Shown in pieces: positions 41,949-52,583 of a DNA stretch of 64,000 nucleotides. Under the pieces are notes generated by a model that saw nothing but the letters and a program-made list of their open reading frames with translations, did not search any database and had not been told where the DNA came from. The position numbers and the translations under genes are program-made. The DNA comes from Naegleria gruberi. Lineage: Eukaryota. The stretch lies in NCBI GenBank assembly GCA_000004985.1, contig GG738845.1, one strand, 5' to 3'. Position 1 is the first letter of the stretch, and every line of letters starts with the position of its first letter.

Positions 41949-44639
41949 TTAATTATTGGGATCATTTCTAGAATAAGTGCCATCAGAGAACCAAATTTCC
42001 TCACTTCCATTGTTATCAACAAACTTAATTGTTTTATCTGGAAAAACAACCTCCTTCTCTCCTCCAGGAAAATGAGTTTCAATTTGGTTATTAGAGAATT
42101 TGTACATTTCAGCACCTGTTGGATATGTAATTTGGGTTGTTTTTAAGTTATTGAAAAAGTAAATAACCAATCCATCCTCAAAGGTCTTTTTGATATCACC
42201 ATTATTGAAATAGATTAGACTAGATCTATCAGGTAATATTTTCTTAACACTTCCATTTGAAAACTCCACATCTCTTCTTCCTGTATTGAAAAGAATTTCA
42301 ATTTTTCCTTTCCCAACTTCTCTTCTACTGGTTACTACTTCTCCAAAATTTTCATTTTCCCATGTTACATTGAAATGACTATCGCTCACCTGGAAGGTTT
42401 TTTTTAATAGCCCAAGTTTGTGATTATTAGGATAAAGAGATTTAACTAAGGGTATCTTTTCCATTACTTTTGTTGACATGGTTTCTGGAAGAGGCTTGAT
42501 ATTCACATCCTTATTTGGTGTGATTGGTGTTTTAGGATTTTGTTGGGAATTGACCTTTGTATTGGTGGTAATGCTAGGACTTGAGTTAATAGATGGTTGA
42601 GAAATATTATCTTTTGATTGCTTTTTCCTAAAATTGTTATCGATTCTTTCTAATTCCCTCTTTTTAAGATTCTCCTCAAGCTCTATTATCTTTTCTTGTA
42701 ATTGTTCATTTCTTGATTTGAGAGCTTGGATATTTGATTTAAGTTTGGACCTTTCATTCTTAAATTCAGTAGTCAACTTTTCTATTTTTTCCTTAAGATC
42801 GTTGACTTCTTTCTCATGTTCTTTCCTACTCAGTGATTGTTGCTGATCTTTGATATTTCTTTCTAGAATTCTTCTTTCTCGTTTTAACTTTTGTGTTTCT
42901 TCCTGTTTATATTTTTCAAACTTTTCTCGTTCCTCTTCTGTAAATCGTTTAAACTCTGATTTTTCACATTCAATGTTTTGCCTTTCTGCTTGAAGCTCAT
43001 CTTTCAGTCTCCTAGTTTTTTCATTTTCATTCTTATAAAATATTAGTTGCTCTTCCAATTCTTGAAGTTTTAATTCTTCTTGCTCTTTCAGTTTTTTATC
43101 CTCTTTCTTTTTTTCAATCTTTTCCTTAATTTGTCTTTTCTTTTCTTCCTCTTGAGATTTTGGAAGAAAGAAGTTAGATATTATTGATCTACTATTTGAT
43201 ATTTTGGCTTTATGGGGGTCTTCATCATTTGGTGGTTGTTGGTTTGTTTTTTGACTTGTAATTGGTTTTTGCTCATAATTATAAGGATTATATACATTAT
43301 TACGATTAATAAAAGTTCCCCATCCTTCTTCGTCCTCTTGGTTGATTGAATCTTCTTCTAGGAACAGATCATTAGGAATAGATGGTTCGGAGAAGTAGGC
43401 TTTCAAAGTTTTTTCTTGTTTAGATTCTTGATTATTAATCACTTGTTGCTCCTTTGGTAAAGATTGAAGTGTTTTGACAACTTGTGGAGATTCAGTCTTT
43501 GTTGGTTTCTCTATCTTTTTCGTGTCTGGTTGTTTTTTAAGAGGTTCGTTCTTTCTTTGATTGGAAAGACTTGTTTTGAGAGGAACATCTTGTTTTTGTT
43601 CTGTTTTTTGAGCTGTATCCTGAGATTTGGATTTTAGGATTGCTTCCTTTGAATGTTTGTTTGTAGGAGGTACATATGTTCCTGGTTTTGAGATTTTGTT
43701 CAGCAAATTTCCCCATCTGGAATTCCTTTTCAACATTTTGAATTTTATGGAAGATTCCTCATCATCCTTATATTCATTTTCATAACTATTGGGGGAAGTG
43801 GTAGTAGATTTGGGAGAAGATTGCTTACTTTCTGATCTGTGGGGAATTGGAATTTCTTCAACGTTAGTAATTTTAGCACTGTTGAGACTTGATGTGTTAG
43901 GTTGATAAGTAGTGATTATTGACTGAGAAGACTCGTTTCCAGACTGATAGGATTGTTTAGATTTTGGTGTTAAGGTTTTTGGAATATACATGTGGAAAGA
44001 TCTTTGTTCCTTAGGTTTGGTTTCCTCTTCCTCAGAATCTGAATGTTCACCTTCTAGCTCCAAATGATTGAAAGAGGTATTTTCTTCGCCATCTGAATCA
44101 TTAGAGTCATTATTATAATAGTACGTCTCATAATCCTCTGGTTCTTGTAATTCTTCTAATGAGTTCTCGTTGTCATTATTAATAATATTATTAAAGTACT
44201 CATTATTTACAAAATTTGGAGTGTTATTTTCTGTTGTGTATCTGTATTCCTCATCCTCTTCACCCATATCATCATTTGTAATATCTTTTCCGATAGTTTC
44301 AGTGTTGTCAATAAAATTTTTGTATTCTTCCTCATCCTCTTCCTCATTTTCGTTCCATTCTGGGTGCATAGGCTGGAAATATTGTTGAATAGATGAAGTA
44401 AGGAAAGCATCTTTGAGTGTTGCCATTTTGTTTTCTTTTGTTGGATCCATTTTAAAAATAGAGTGGAATGTAGAATTTCGGCGGGAATCAACATTTGTAT
44501 CACAATTTTCAATTTCCTTTTCAACATTTTCAGCTTTATAAATGTCGCTTATTTCATTCATATTTGTTTCTTCTAAATATGTTGCAAATAATGTTTTATG
44601 TGATATTGTCTCCTCAGATGAAACAGGAAATGATGACAT
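41949..44639 (-). CDS. CENPJ: Centriole assembly protein SAS-4/CENPJ (CPAP)-like, TCP10 C-terminal G-box repeats
   Basis: C-terminal repeated F-x-NG-x-K/R-x-x-x-PD-x-S/T...F-NGD-x-K units (ILFNTGRRDVEFSNGSVKKILPDRSSLIYFNNGDIKKTFEDGLVIYFFNN...THFPGGEKEVVFPDKTIKFVDNNGSEEIWFSDGTY). A long coiled coil lies upstream. Confidence 0.6.
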   Translation of the reverse strand: MSSFPVSSEETISHKTLFATYLEETNMNEISDIYKAENVEKEIENCDTNVDSRRNSTFHSIFKMDPTKENKMATLKDAFLTSSIQQYFQPMHPEWNENEEEDEEEYKNFIDNTETIGKDITNDDMGEEDEEYRYTTENNTPNFVNNEYFNNIINNDNENSLEELQEPEDYETYYYNNDSNDSDGEENTSFNHLELEGEHSDSEEEETKPKEQRSFHMYIPKTLTPKSKQSYQSGNESSQSIITTYQPNTSSLNSAKITNVEEIPIPHRSESKQSSPKSTTTSPNSYENEYKDDEESSIKFKMLKRNSRWGNLLNKISKPGTYVPPTNKHSKEAILKSKSQDTAQKTEQKQDVPLKTSLSNQRKNEPLKKQPDTKKIEKPTKTESPQVVKTLQSLPKEQQVINNQESKQEKTLKAYFSEPSIPNDLFLEEDSINQEDEEGWGTFINRNNVYNPYNYEQKPITSQKTNQQPPNDEDPHKAKISNSRSIISNFFLPKSQEEEKKRQIKEKIEKKKEDKKLKEQEELKLQELEEQLIFYKNENEKTRRLKDELQAERQNIECEKSEFKRFTEEEREKFEKYKQEETQKLKRERRILERNIKDQQQSLSRKEHEKEVNDLKEKIEKLTTEFKNERSKLKSNIQALKSRNEQLQEKIIELEENLKKRELERIDNNFRKKQSKDNISQPSINSSPSITTNTKVNSQQNPKTPITPNKDVNIKPLPETMSTKVMEKIPLVKSLYPNNHKLGLLKKTFQVSDSHFNVTWENENFGEVVTSRREVGKGKIEILFNTGRRDVEFSNGSVKKILPDRSSLIYFNNGDIKKTFEDGLVIYFFNNLKTTQITYPTGAEMYKFSNNQIETHFPGGEKEVVFPDKTIKFVDNNGSEEIWFSDGTYSRNDPNN

Positions 44640-44756
44640 TTTTTTTGATTAAGATTGCGTCCAGCCATTCACCGAGAACCACTTGGATAATAATGAATCC
44701 AAATATTATTCATTAATTTGTTGATAATATTTTTTTATTTTTGATGTTCAAAAAAA

Positions 44757-47220
44757 ATGACACAAAAACAGTCCAAGAACAAAGTTGTAGAGAAACTGAA
44801 GAAAAAAGGTTCCGGAGGAAACAAGAAGCAAGAGAACGTTAGCAGTGGAAATGAAGACCCACGTTTTGCTATTATGCATAAAGATCCAAAATTTTTACCT
44901 GTCGAAGCAAAAACAGTAATTAGTGATCCTAGATTATATGAAATCTTGGACCCTTCTTTTACAATGCTCAAGAAGAGCAGAGATGCCTCTGGTAAACAAA
45001 AAGAACAAGCTGTAAAAAACACATTAAAGGGTATTTACAACTTTGAAAAGGATCCGATGGCAATGAGAGTCGCAAAACTCAAACAAGCAAAAAAGGAAAT
45101 GGAAGAGGAAGAAGGAAAAGATCACGAGTCAGACTATGATAGTGACGATTCTATTGAAGATGCAAAGGAAATGATTGGAAAGAAAGATAAAAAGCCACTT
45201 ACAGCAACTGATATATTTGAAGGGGATGAATCTGAGGAAGAAGAAGAAGAAGAAATGGACTTTGATAAATTTTTGGAATCTTTGGAAGGTAGACCAGAAC
45301 TAGAAAATGTAGAGTGGAATGAGGAATGGGAAGATGCCTATGACTTTGATGATGAAGATGCAGCTGTTCTCAAGGCTGTAGGTCAAGAAGTTGATAGTGA
45401 AAATATTCCTGAGGAACAACAAGATTTATGGGACGTAAGTTTGATTTATTACTTAAATTTCTCATTATTTCAAAAGAAATATGTAGACGATCAAAAACAA
45501 ATTAAAATGATTGAAGAGGGCGAAGAAACTAGAAGAATTGCTGTAATGAACTGTGATTGGAATCTTGTTGATAGTGATGATTTATTTGTCCTCTTTTCTT
45601 CAATGTGTCCACCTTCTGGAAAGATAGTTGGTGTTACAGTTTATTTATCTGATTTTGGTAAGCAACAAAGGGAGAGTGAAGCTGTTAGTGGACCTGGAAA
45701 TTTGTTTTATGATGAAAATGATTACAGTAAGTTATTTGTTAACTCATTTATTAACAAAATTAGAAAATCTTGAAAATGTAAAGAAAAAGATTGCAGAGTT
45801 AAAGGAAGATAGTAGAAACTCCCGTCTTGTTTCAAGAAGAGAAAAAAAGAATAAGGATAATATTAAAGTTGAGACTGAAGTAGAACAAGCTGAAACCAAT
45901 GATGAAATGTTAGACCCTGTTAAAGTGAGAGAATATGAATTCAAAAAGATGAAATATTACTTTGCTGTTATTGAATGTGACAGCTCTCAAACAGCAACTT
46001 ATTTGTATAACGAGTGTGATGGGTTTGAATTTGAATCCACATCTATCTTGCTAGATTTAAGATTCATTCCAGACAGTTTAGACTTCAGTGAAAGAGAAAT
46101 CAAGTAAGTTTCAGAGATTGTGTAATATTCCTTACAGTTTTAAGATCTCAATGCACTTCAGTTCCAGCAGATTACAAACCAAAACAAAATATGTACTCCA
46201 AACCACTCAAATCATCATCTGTAGATTTGACTTGGGATACTAATAATCCAGAAAGAGAGGTATTGAAGAAAGACTTTAAAGATGTTAGCGAAGAAGCATT
46301 AATGTAAGTTTTATTGAAATAAGCATTTTTTACCATATTACTTACTGTATAGGAAATTTATTGCCAACTCAGATGATGACTCCAGTTCCTCATCAGATGA
46401 AGAAGTAGAAGAAAAAGTTGTAGAAGAAAATACTGATACAACTGAGGAAAAAACGCAAAAGAAGAAGGATAAAAAGGAAAAGAAGAAATTAGAAAAGAAA
46501 AAGTATAAGGATTTGATCAAGTATGCCAAAAAGAAAGAGAAGGAAAAGGAGGCTATTATGAGTGGCAATAGTGAGGATGCATCACACAATATTGAGTTTG
46601 TTTTACATGAAGGTTTAAAAGACACCATCCAAAAAGAAGTTGTAAACAAGCAAAAAGAAAAGGAAAAATTGGAAAATGAATCATGGTGGGAGACTGCAGA
46701 GAGAAAGAGAAAAGAAAAGAAAAAACAACAGAGAAAAGAAAGATTAAAGAAGATAATGAGTTCTGATCAAGATGGTGTTGAAGATGAGCAAGAGATTGAT
46801 GAAGATGATTTATTAGGAGAACAAAAATTGGCGGTAAGAGAAAAGGAGAAACAAAAACAAAAGAAGGAAGAGGAAGAAAAGCGAAAACAAAACTTGGAAT
46901 TATTAATGTCAGATTATAGTGCTGAAAAGGGATTTGATATTAAACGTGACACTGATAGAGAAATAACAAGAAGAAGAAAGAATCAAGAGTCCAAGAAAAA
47001 GAATGAGGAAAACGAAAATGAAGCTCCACTAATTATAGGAGATGACAGATTTACTGATGTCTTCCTTGATCCAGAATTCCATTTAGATCAAACTCACCCT
47101 AAGTACAAGAAAACTAATCTTACTTCCAAAATAATGGAAAAGAGAAGAGAGGAAAGTTTAAAGAGACAAGAAAAGGAAGAGTCACTTTATTCTTCAAAAT
47201 TGAAAAAGAGAAAATTATAA
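44757..47220 (+). CDS. ESF1: ESF1 nucleolar pre-rRNA processing protein; join(44757..45434,45477..45726,45764..46103,46145..46303,46353..47220)
   Basis: DPRFAIMHKDPKF; RIAVMNCDWNLVDSDDLFVLFSS...VTVYLSDFGK; EYEFKKMKYYFAVIECDSSQTATYLYNECDGFEFESTSILLDLRFIPD; DLTWDTNNPER. Four GT-AG introns of 41-49 nt. The first (42 nt) is in frame, so the ORF track reads through it. Confidence 0.75.
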
Positions 47221-47222
47221 AC

Positions 47223-48638
47223 TCAATTATGTACAGTTGTTTCAACAGATTTACATGGTAAAAGTAGGCAATACTTTTCATCTTCAAAAATAATAGAAGC
47301 GAATGTTCCACTGGCAGCTCTAAAAAGTCTATCAAAAAGTGAGTCTGCATGTTCAATATCAACGTTCAATAAATTTGGAAGTAAAATAGCTTTAGCGTTT
47401 TCAATTTTTTCACAATCTCTCAAAACCTGAAACACCTTATTTCTAGCAATATTAATATCACTAGAAGGTGACAAATCAATGTAGTGCATACAATGAGAAC
47501 TTAAATGGTTGAGCTTTCCTCCAAAATCAACCAATATAGAATCTTCAATGGATACACGAGTTGTTTTTTCTGATGCAGCACAATTTACACTTGTTTGACT
47601 ATCCAAAATAAATGCAGGTACATATGGAGCATAATGAGTAATCAATTGACCAGGAGCAATTTGAGCAGTGTTATCATTCATTTTTACACTGTATGTTTGA
47701 TGACGAGCCTCCACTTTAACTTCAGGAATTGTACCACGAGTGTTGCTTTCTTCCAAAATAAATTCTTGTACACTCTTTTTTAATTGTTCAAGTGAAATTC
47801 CTCCTCTTCGTAACACTTCAATTTTTAATGACTTGTCTTCAAGTTCTGAAATTTTTGCCACTGTACTTTCAATACCAACACTACATTCTGTTTTACTTTC
47901 AGAATTATTTTCCTCTTCCAAAACAAGAATTCTGAATACGTTTTCATTATCAATTTCATCTTTTCCATATAATCCTAAATCCTCCATCACATGTGAAGCT
48001 CTTGTTGGAGAAATGTGACCAAATCTATTTGCTGATGGAGCACTGATTGGTAATTTGCAATGCTCTAATAATTTACGAATTATTGGATGAGCAGGAACTC
48101 TAATACCAACAAATCCTGTACTAGCGGTCACACAATCTGGTATTACTTGTTCATTAGATTTGCTGACAAGTGTGAGTGGACCCGGCCAGAAGGTTGCTGC
48201 CAAATGTTCATATAGCCTCATATGGAGACTATTCTCCTCAATGGTAATGTATTTTTTTGCTTGATCTACATCTAACACATGTACAATAACAGGATCGGTT
48301 AGCGGTCTTTTTTTTGCTTTGAAAATGGAATAAACAGCCTTTTCATCCAAAGCATTGGCCCCTAGTCCATAAACTGTCTCTGTTGGAAATGATACCAAAC
48401 CACCATTTCTCAAGTGTTCACTGCATTCCTCGTAAATATTAAAGTCATGTCCATTTCCAACTCTGTAGACAATTCCGTTATGAACATCCTCATAATATGA
48501 GGAGGTATCACTGTGTTGTTGATGAGTCATTTTTTTGAGTGTAGAGAATGAGAGTAAAAGTGGCCAAGTTCTGCTTGATGCAATTGCAAACTGCGTTTTT
48601 GAAAATGTATTAATTCTTTTTTTAAATATCGCTTTCAT
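47223..48638 (-). CDS. SUA5: Threonylcarbamoyl-AMP synthase (Sua5/YrdC family)
   Basis: YrdC core FPTETVYGLGANALDEKAVYSIFKAKKRPLTDPVIVHV...FWPGPLTL...GIRVP. Its length is consistent with a C-terminal Sua5 domain. Confidence 0.7.
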   Translation of the reverse strand: MKAIFKKRINTFSKTQFAIASSRTWPLLLSFSTLKKMTHQQHSDTSSYYEDVHNGIVYRVGNGHDFNIYEECSEHLRNGGLVSFPTETVYGLGANALDEKAVYSIFKAKKRPLTDPVIVHVLDVDQAKKYITIEENSLHMRLYEHLAATFWPGPLTLVSKSNEQVIPDCVTASTGFVGIRVPAHPIIRKLLEHCKLPISAPSANRFGHISPTRASHVMEDLGLYGKDEIDNENVFRILVLEEENNSESKTECSVGIESTVAKISELEDKSLKIEVLRRGGISLEQLKKSVQEFILEESNTRGTIPEVKVEARHQTYSVKMNDNTAQIAPGQLITHYAPYVPAFILDSQTSVNCAASEKTTRVSIEDSILVDFGGKLNHLSSHCMHYIDLSPSSDINIARNKVFQVLRDCEKIENAKAILLPNLLNVDIEHADSLFDRLFRAASGTFASIIFEDEKYCLLLPCKSVETTVHN

Positions 48639-48790
48639 TATCAGATACGAATTTAATAATAAATTGTTGCTGAATAAAATTAATATTATTTTAATTTGAA
48701 ATTGTTTGTTAATTATTGTGATGTTTACGAAAGGAGGTAAAAGTTTGTTGAAGTTTGGAAATTAGAAATTTTTTATGATTTTTAAAAAAA

Positions 48791-49930
48791 ATGTCAAGCA
48801 AAAAATACAATAGGTATATCGACAAGACTTCAATACCAGGTCACGAAGAAAAGGAGAAGAAGGTTAATCAAAAAATTGATGATGTGAAAGAAGCTTTGGA
48901 AAAAGATACTAGTGCTCCATCATGGTTAAAAGGAGGTGCTTACACTGAAGAGGATAATCCAAATGGTCTTGCTGATCGTTCCGATTTTGTTATTTTGTTT
49001 CCGGAATATAGAGAGCAATACTTGAAAGAGCATTTTACTGTAATAGAATCAACTTTGGGTGCATCACCATTTTACTTGAAAACAACACTGAATTGCAAGG
49101 AAGGAAAGATTATTATAGAAACCACAGAAAGAACATTTGATCCATTTATTATTTTCAAAGGTAGAGATTGCTTACAATTGGTTTCAAGAGGAGTGGCATT
49201 TGAAGAAGCTAAAAGAGTTCTTGAGGATAACGTTTTTTCTGAAGTAATGAAGATTGGAAATCTCTGTAGAAATAAGGAGGTTTTTACAAAGAGAAGACAG
49301 AGACTTTTTGGACCAGATGGTTCTACTTTGAAGGCTCTCCAACTTTTGACAGGTTGTTTCATATTTATTCAAGGTAAAACTGTTAGTGTTATTGGAGAAG
49401 TCAATGGAATCAAGCTCGTATCTGAGGTGATTACCGACTGCATGAATAATATCCATCCAATCTATCACATCAAACAGCTCATGGTTAAAAAGGAATTGAA
49501 AAACAGCTCTGAATATGCAAACGTATCATGGGATAAATATTTGCCAAAGTTTAAAAAGACTGTGAACAAGTCAATTGTCAAAAAAAAGAAAAAGAAAATT
49601 CAAAAGAAAGAATATACACCATTTCCAAACGCACCTGAAAAGAGTAAGAAGGATATTGAAATTGAAACTGGTGAATATTTCTTATCAAAAGAAGAAAAGC
49701 AACTTAAGCAAGTTTCTGAAAGAACTGAAAAACAAAAAGAAAAGAAGGAAGAAAAGAAGAAACAACAAGACAAGCTATATGAAGCTCCAAAAGAGGAAAA
49801 TCCAAAGAAGAGAAAGCACCAAAATGACGAAAATAATGATGATTTGATTAAGAAGATTTCTGAAAGACAATCAAATGTGACGACACAACAAAATAAGAAG
49901 GTTAAGGCTGAAGATTTTATAGATAATTAA
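48791..49930 (+). CDS. KRR1: KRR1 small-subunit processome component (KH domain)
   Basis: SWLKGGAYTEEDNPNGL; FVILFPEYREQYLKE; KEGKIIIETTERTFDPFIIFKGRDCLQLVSRGV; LFGPDGSTLKALQLLT. K-rich C-terminus. Confidence 0.8.
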   Translation: MSSKKYNRYIDKTSIPGHEEKEKKVNQKIDDVKEALEKDTSAPSWLKGGAYTEEDNPNGLADRSDFVILFPEYREQYLKEHFTVIESTLGASPFYLKTTLNCKEGKIIIETTERTFDPFIIFKGRDCLQLVSRGVAFEEAKRVLEDNVFSEVMKIGNLCRNKEVFTKRRQRLFGPDGSTLKALQLLTGCFIFIQGKTVSVIGEVNGIKLVSEVITDCMNNIHPIYHIKQLMVKKELKNSSEYANVSWDKYLPKFKKTVNKSIVKKKKKKIQKKEYTPFPNAPEKSKKDIEIETGEYFLSKEEKQLKQVSERTEKQKEKKEEKKKQQDKLYEAPKEENPKKRKHQNDENNDDLIKKISERQSNVTTQQNKKVKAEDFIDN

Positions 49931-49934
49931 ATTA

Positions 49935-51080
49935 TTACTGTCTTTTATCTAAATTTTCAAGTACTTGATTGACTTCTTTTGTTTGTTGATGATTTTCACC
50001 GAGAACGTAAACAAATATTTCTCTAGCCTTTTCCAGATATTCTCTAGCCTTAGCAAAGTCTCCCAAAAATAATTTGAAAAACCCGTTTACAACATACACT
50101 TTCCCTGTTTCCACATGATTTTCTCCAAGATGTTCTGAATCTGTTCTCAAAATATGTTCTAACATTTTTTCAGCATCTCCAACTTTGTCTTCATCTAAAT
50201 CCTTTACAGAATTTTTAAATTGAATTCTCGCTTGTCTTGTTGAAACTTCAAGTGAACCATCCTCATTATCATTTGTTTGGGGTTTACCAACTAAAATAAT
50301 TGACGACAATTGGTCATACCAAATATCAACAACTTTTTTCATAAATGAAACACCTTTTTCAGATTTTCCTTGCATTGAAACAAATACATTGCCTAAATTG
50401 AAATAAGCAAAACTTGTAATTACATCATGAGTTCCATGCTCTAAAGCTAAATAATATACACTTGCTGCCATATTTTCAATGGCTTCATTAACCTTTCCTT
50501 GCTGAACATACAGTAAACCAAAATGTTGATGAAGTTCAGCTCTCAAGTTTGGTGGGCATTTTTCCTTGTTTTTCATACAGGTCCAATTTGCTATAGACAA
50601 ATATTCCTCTGCTTGTTTGAATTGATTTAATTGTTGGCTTGCCTTGGAAAGGAGGAAGTATGCTTCAACTTGTTGCAAAGCATCTTTTCCATACAGTTTT
50701 TGAATATATTCCAAAGCTTTTAAACCTCCGATAGTAGCCCTCTTAAAATCGCCCTCCTGCAAAATCATTGAACTCTCACTTAAGGCAACCTCGATAATCG
50801 CTTCCAAACTTAATTCAAGTTGTTTCATATGTTCTTGTTTTTGAGTTAGAGATGTTCCAGTAAAAGTTCCTTGTTGAGGAGAATTGAATTGAGTAATTAG
50901 GTTATTAAATTTTTGCTCTAATTGAATCCAGTTTAACCCTGATCGTTTATCCCTTCCTGTTGTTGTTGCTCCGTAACTTCCATTATCATTACTATTCAAT
51001 AATTGCTGGTTAGAGTTATTTCCTTCTGTCAGCCTGCTCAAATCGAGCGTTCCAATTTTCAGTGAAGGACTTGTAGACAT
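49935..51080 (-). CDS. TPR-like repeat protein (381 aa)
   Basis: Several TPR-like helical pairs (YFNLGNVFVSMQGKSEKGVSFMKKVV; GDFAKAREYLEKAREIF). Confidence 0.4.
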   Translation of the reverse strand: MSTSPSLKIGTLDLSRLTEGNNSNQQLLNSNDNGSYGATTTGRDKRSGLNWIQLEQKFNNLITQFNSPQQGTFTGTSLTQKQEHMKQLELSLEAIIEVALSESSMILQEGDFKRATIGGLKALEYIQKLYGKDALQQVEAYFLLSKASQQLNQFKQAEEYLSIANWTCMKNKEKCPPNLRAELHQHFGLLYVQQGKVNEAIENMAASVYYLALEHGTHDVITSFAYFNLGNVFVSMQGKSEKGVSFMKKVVDIWYDQLSSIILVGKPQTNDNEDGSLEVSTRQARIQFKNSVKDLDEDKVGDAEKMLEHILRTDSEHLGENHVETGKVYVVNGFFKLFLGDFAKAREYLEKAREIFVYVLGENHQQTKEVNQVLENLDKRQ

Positions 51081-51102
51081 TTTTTTAAGTTATTTATTTT
51101 TA

Positions 51103-51112
51103 TGGCGGGAAA
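51103..51112. promoter_or_regulatory. E2F-like element TGGCGGGAAA about 25 nt upstream of the TPR gene ATG (51080, minus)
   Basis: tttaTGGCGGGAAAgtc resembles the classical TTTGGCGGGAAA E2F site. Confidence 0.3.
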
Positions 51113-51130
51113 GTCTGCTGTAGATCATTC

Positions 51131-52500
51131 TCAATTATCAAAGTCACGGAATCGAGATAGAATTTTTGGTGCTACAATAGCCCAAAAGAATAATAAAAGG
51201 CAAATCCATTGCGAAACAATCTTTACCCACATTGCTGCAAGTGAATGATCGACTGACCATTTCTCTTCATCATTTGAGAGTACATCCCAATTTACTAATA
51301 CGCAGCTCATATAACAACAGGAAAACATACAAACAAGATGGCAATAAAACATTTCTGAACATTCGGATCGTTTCGCTTCATCAGTTTCGTCGTTTTCATC
51401 ATTATCATTTTCCGTTCCATCTTCGTCACTATGTTTGCTCATACTGAAAAAACTTGAAAAGCTCAAACCAGTGCTAATAGCACTTCGTCTAGAGTTTTTA
51501 AGGTTAATTAATTAGTGAGTATTACATCATACTTACACAATGGAAAATATTGAGATCAAGAGACTGATAATTATAGTAATAATTGAGCTAGCGGTAGTAT
51601 TAGATCCTCCTTCCTGAGAAAAGCTAGCCAATTTGTTACAGGTCTGGTTTGGATAAGATGTCAAAGCTGTCCAACATACAAAAGATGTATACAGAAATAT
51701 TAAGCCTGTTGGATAAATACCTCTTTTTAGAACCATTGCCACAATTGTTGTAATTATTGAACAAACTATTGTAAAGCAAATGAAAAATCTATTCAAATGA
51801 CAATCAGGGCCACTACCAAAAAAAACAAATTCACATACTATAAATGCCAATCCAAGAATATAGAAAACTATTGCTAAACCAAGCATTAAATAATCCCATA
51901 CCCCATATGATGAATCATCACCTTTGGATCTGAACCATTCTGCTGAGCTAAAGGAAAAGTCAATTAAAATTATTAGTTGAATTATGATAAAAATACATGC
52001 TAAAACTAGAGACAACCATGCAAATCCATAGAAAAAGATATCTGTCATATGGATATAAGTAAATATGATAGATCTATTAACGTACCAGGTATGAAGAATG
52101 GAACAATTAGAAACACAATAAATAATGGAAGCTTGAGAATAAACCATTTGTGCTGAATATATAATCTTGCATTGTCTCCCACACAAAATAATCTTGATGC
52201 TAAAAAAGCAAACAAGAAGAAAAACATGAAACAACCGAAACATATCCTATAAACAGCATAATTACCACTTATTCTCACCAATACACTTTCAAAAAACCAT
52301 TCATAAATCTGCCTTCCAAAAGGTACATTATCAAAAAATCCAAACAATCCTTCTCTCAAAAACAGTGCAACAATAAATCCAAAAAATAAGAAGAAAGAGT
52401 ATGCTACCCGAGTGGCTGTCAGTTTTTTAGGTTTTAATTTTTTCAATTTTCCTCTCCAACCTTGCTCCTCCCCATAATCAAGATCCGAGTAGATGGCCAT
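51131..52500 (-). CDS. SERINC: Serine incorporator (SERINC/TMS1) family membrane protein; complement(join(51131..51488,51537..52041,52086..52500))
   Basis: NYAVYRICFGCFMFFFLF; FFIP; IIIQLIILIDFSFSSAEWF; C-terminal LAAMWVKIVSQWICLLLFFWAIVAPKILSRFRDFDN. Introns of 44 and 48 nt join the three ORF-track ORFs in frame. Confidence 0.75.
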
Positions 52501-52583
52501 CTATTCAATTCTTCGATTTTTTTCTAATTGGCTTCTAGTAAAACTTTAAACGTTTAATATCATAAAAAATATTTTTAAAAAAA

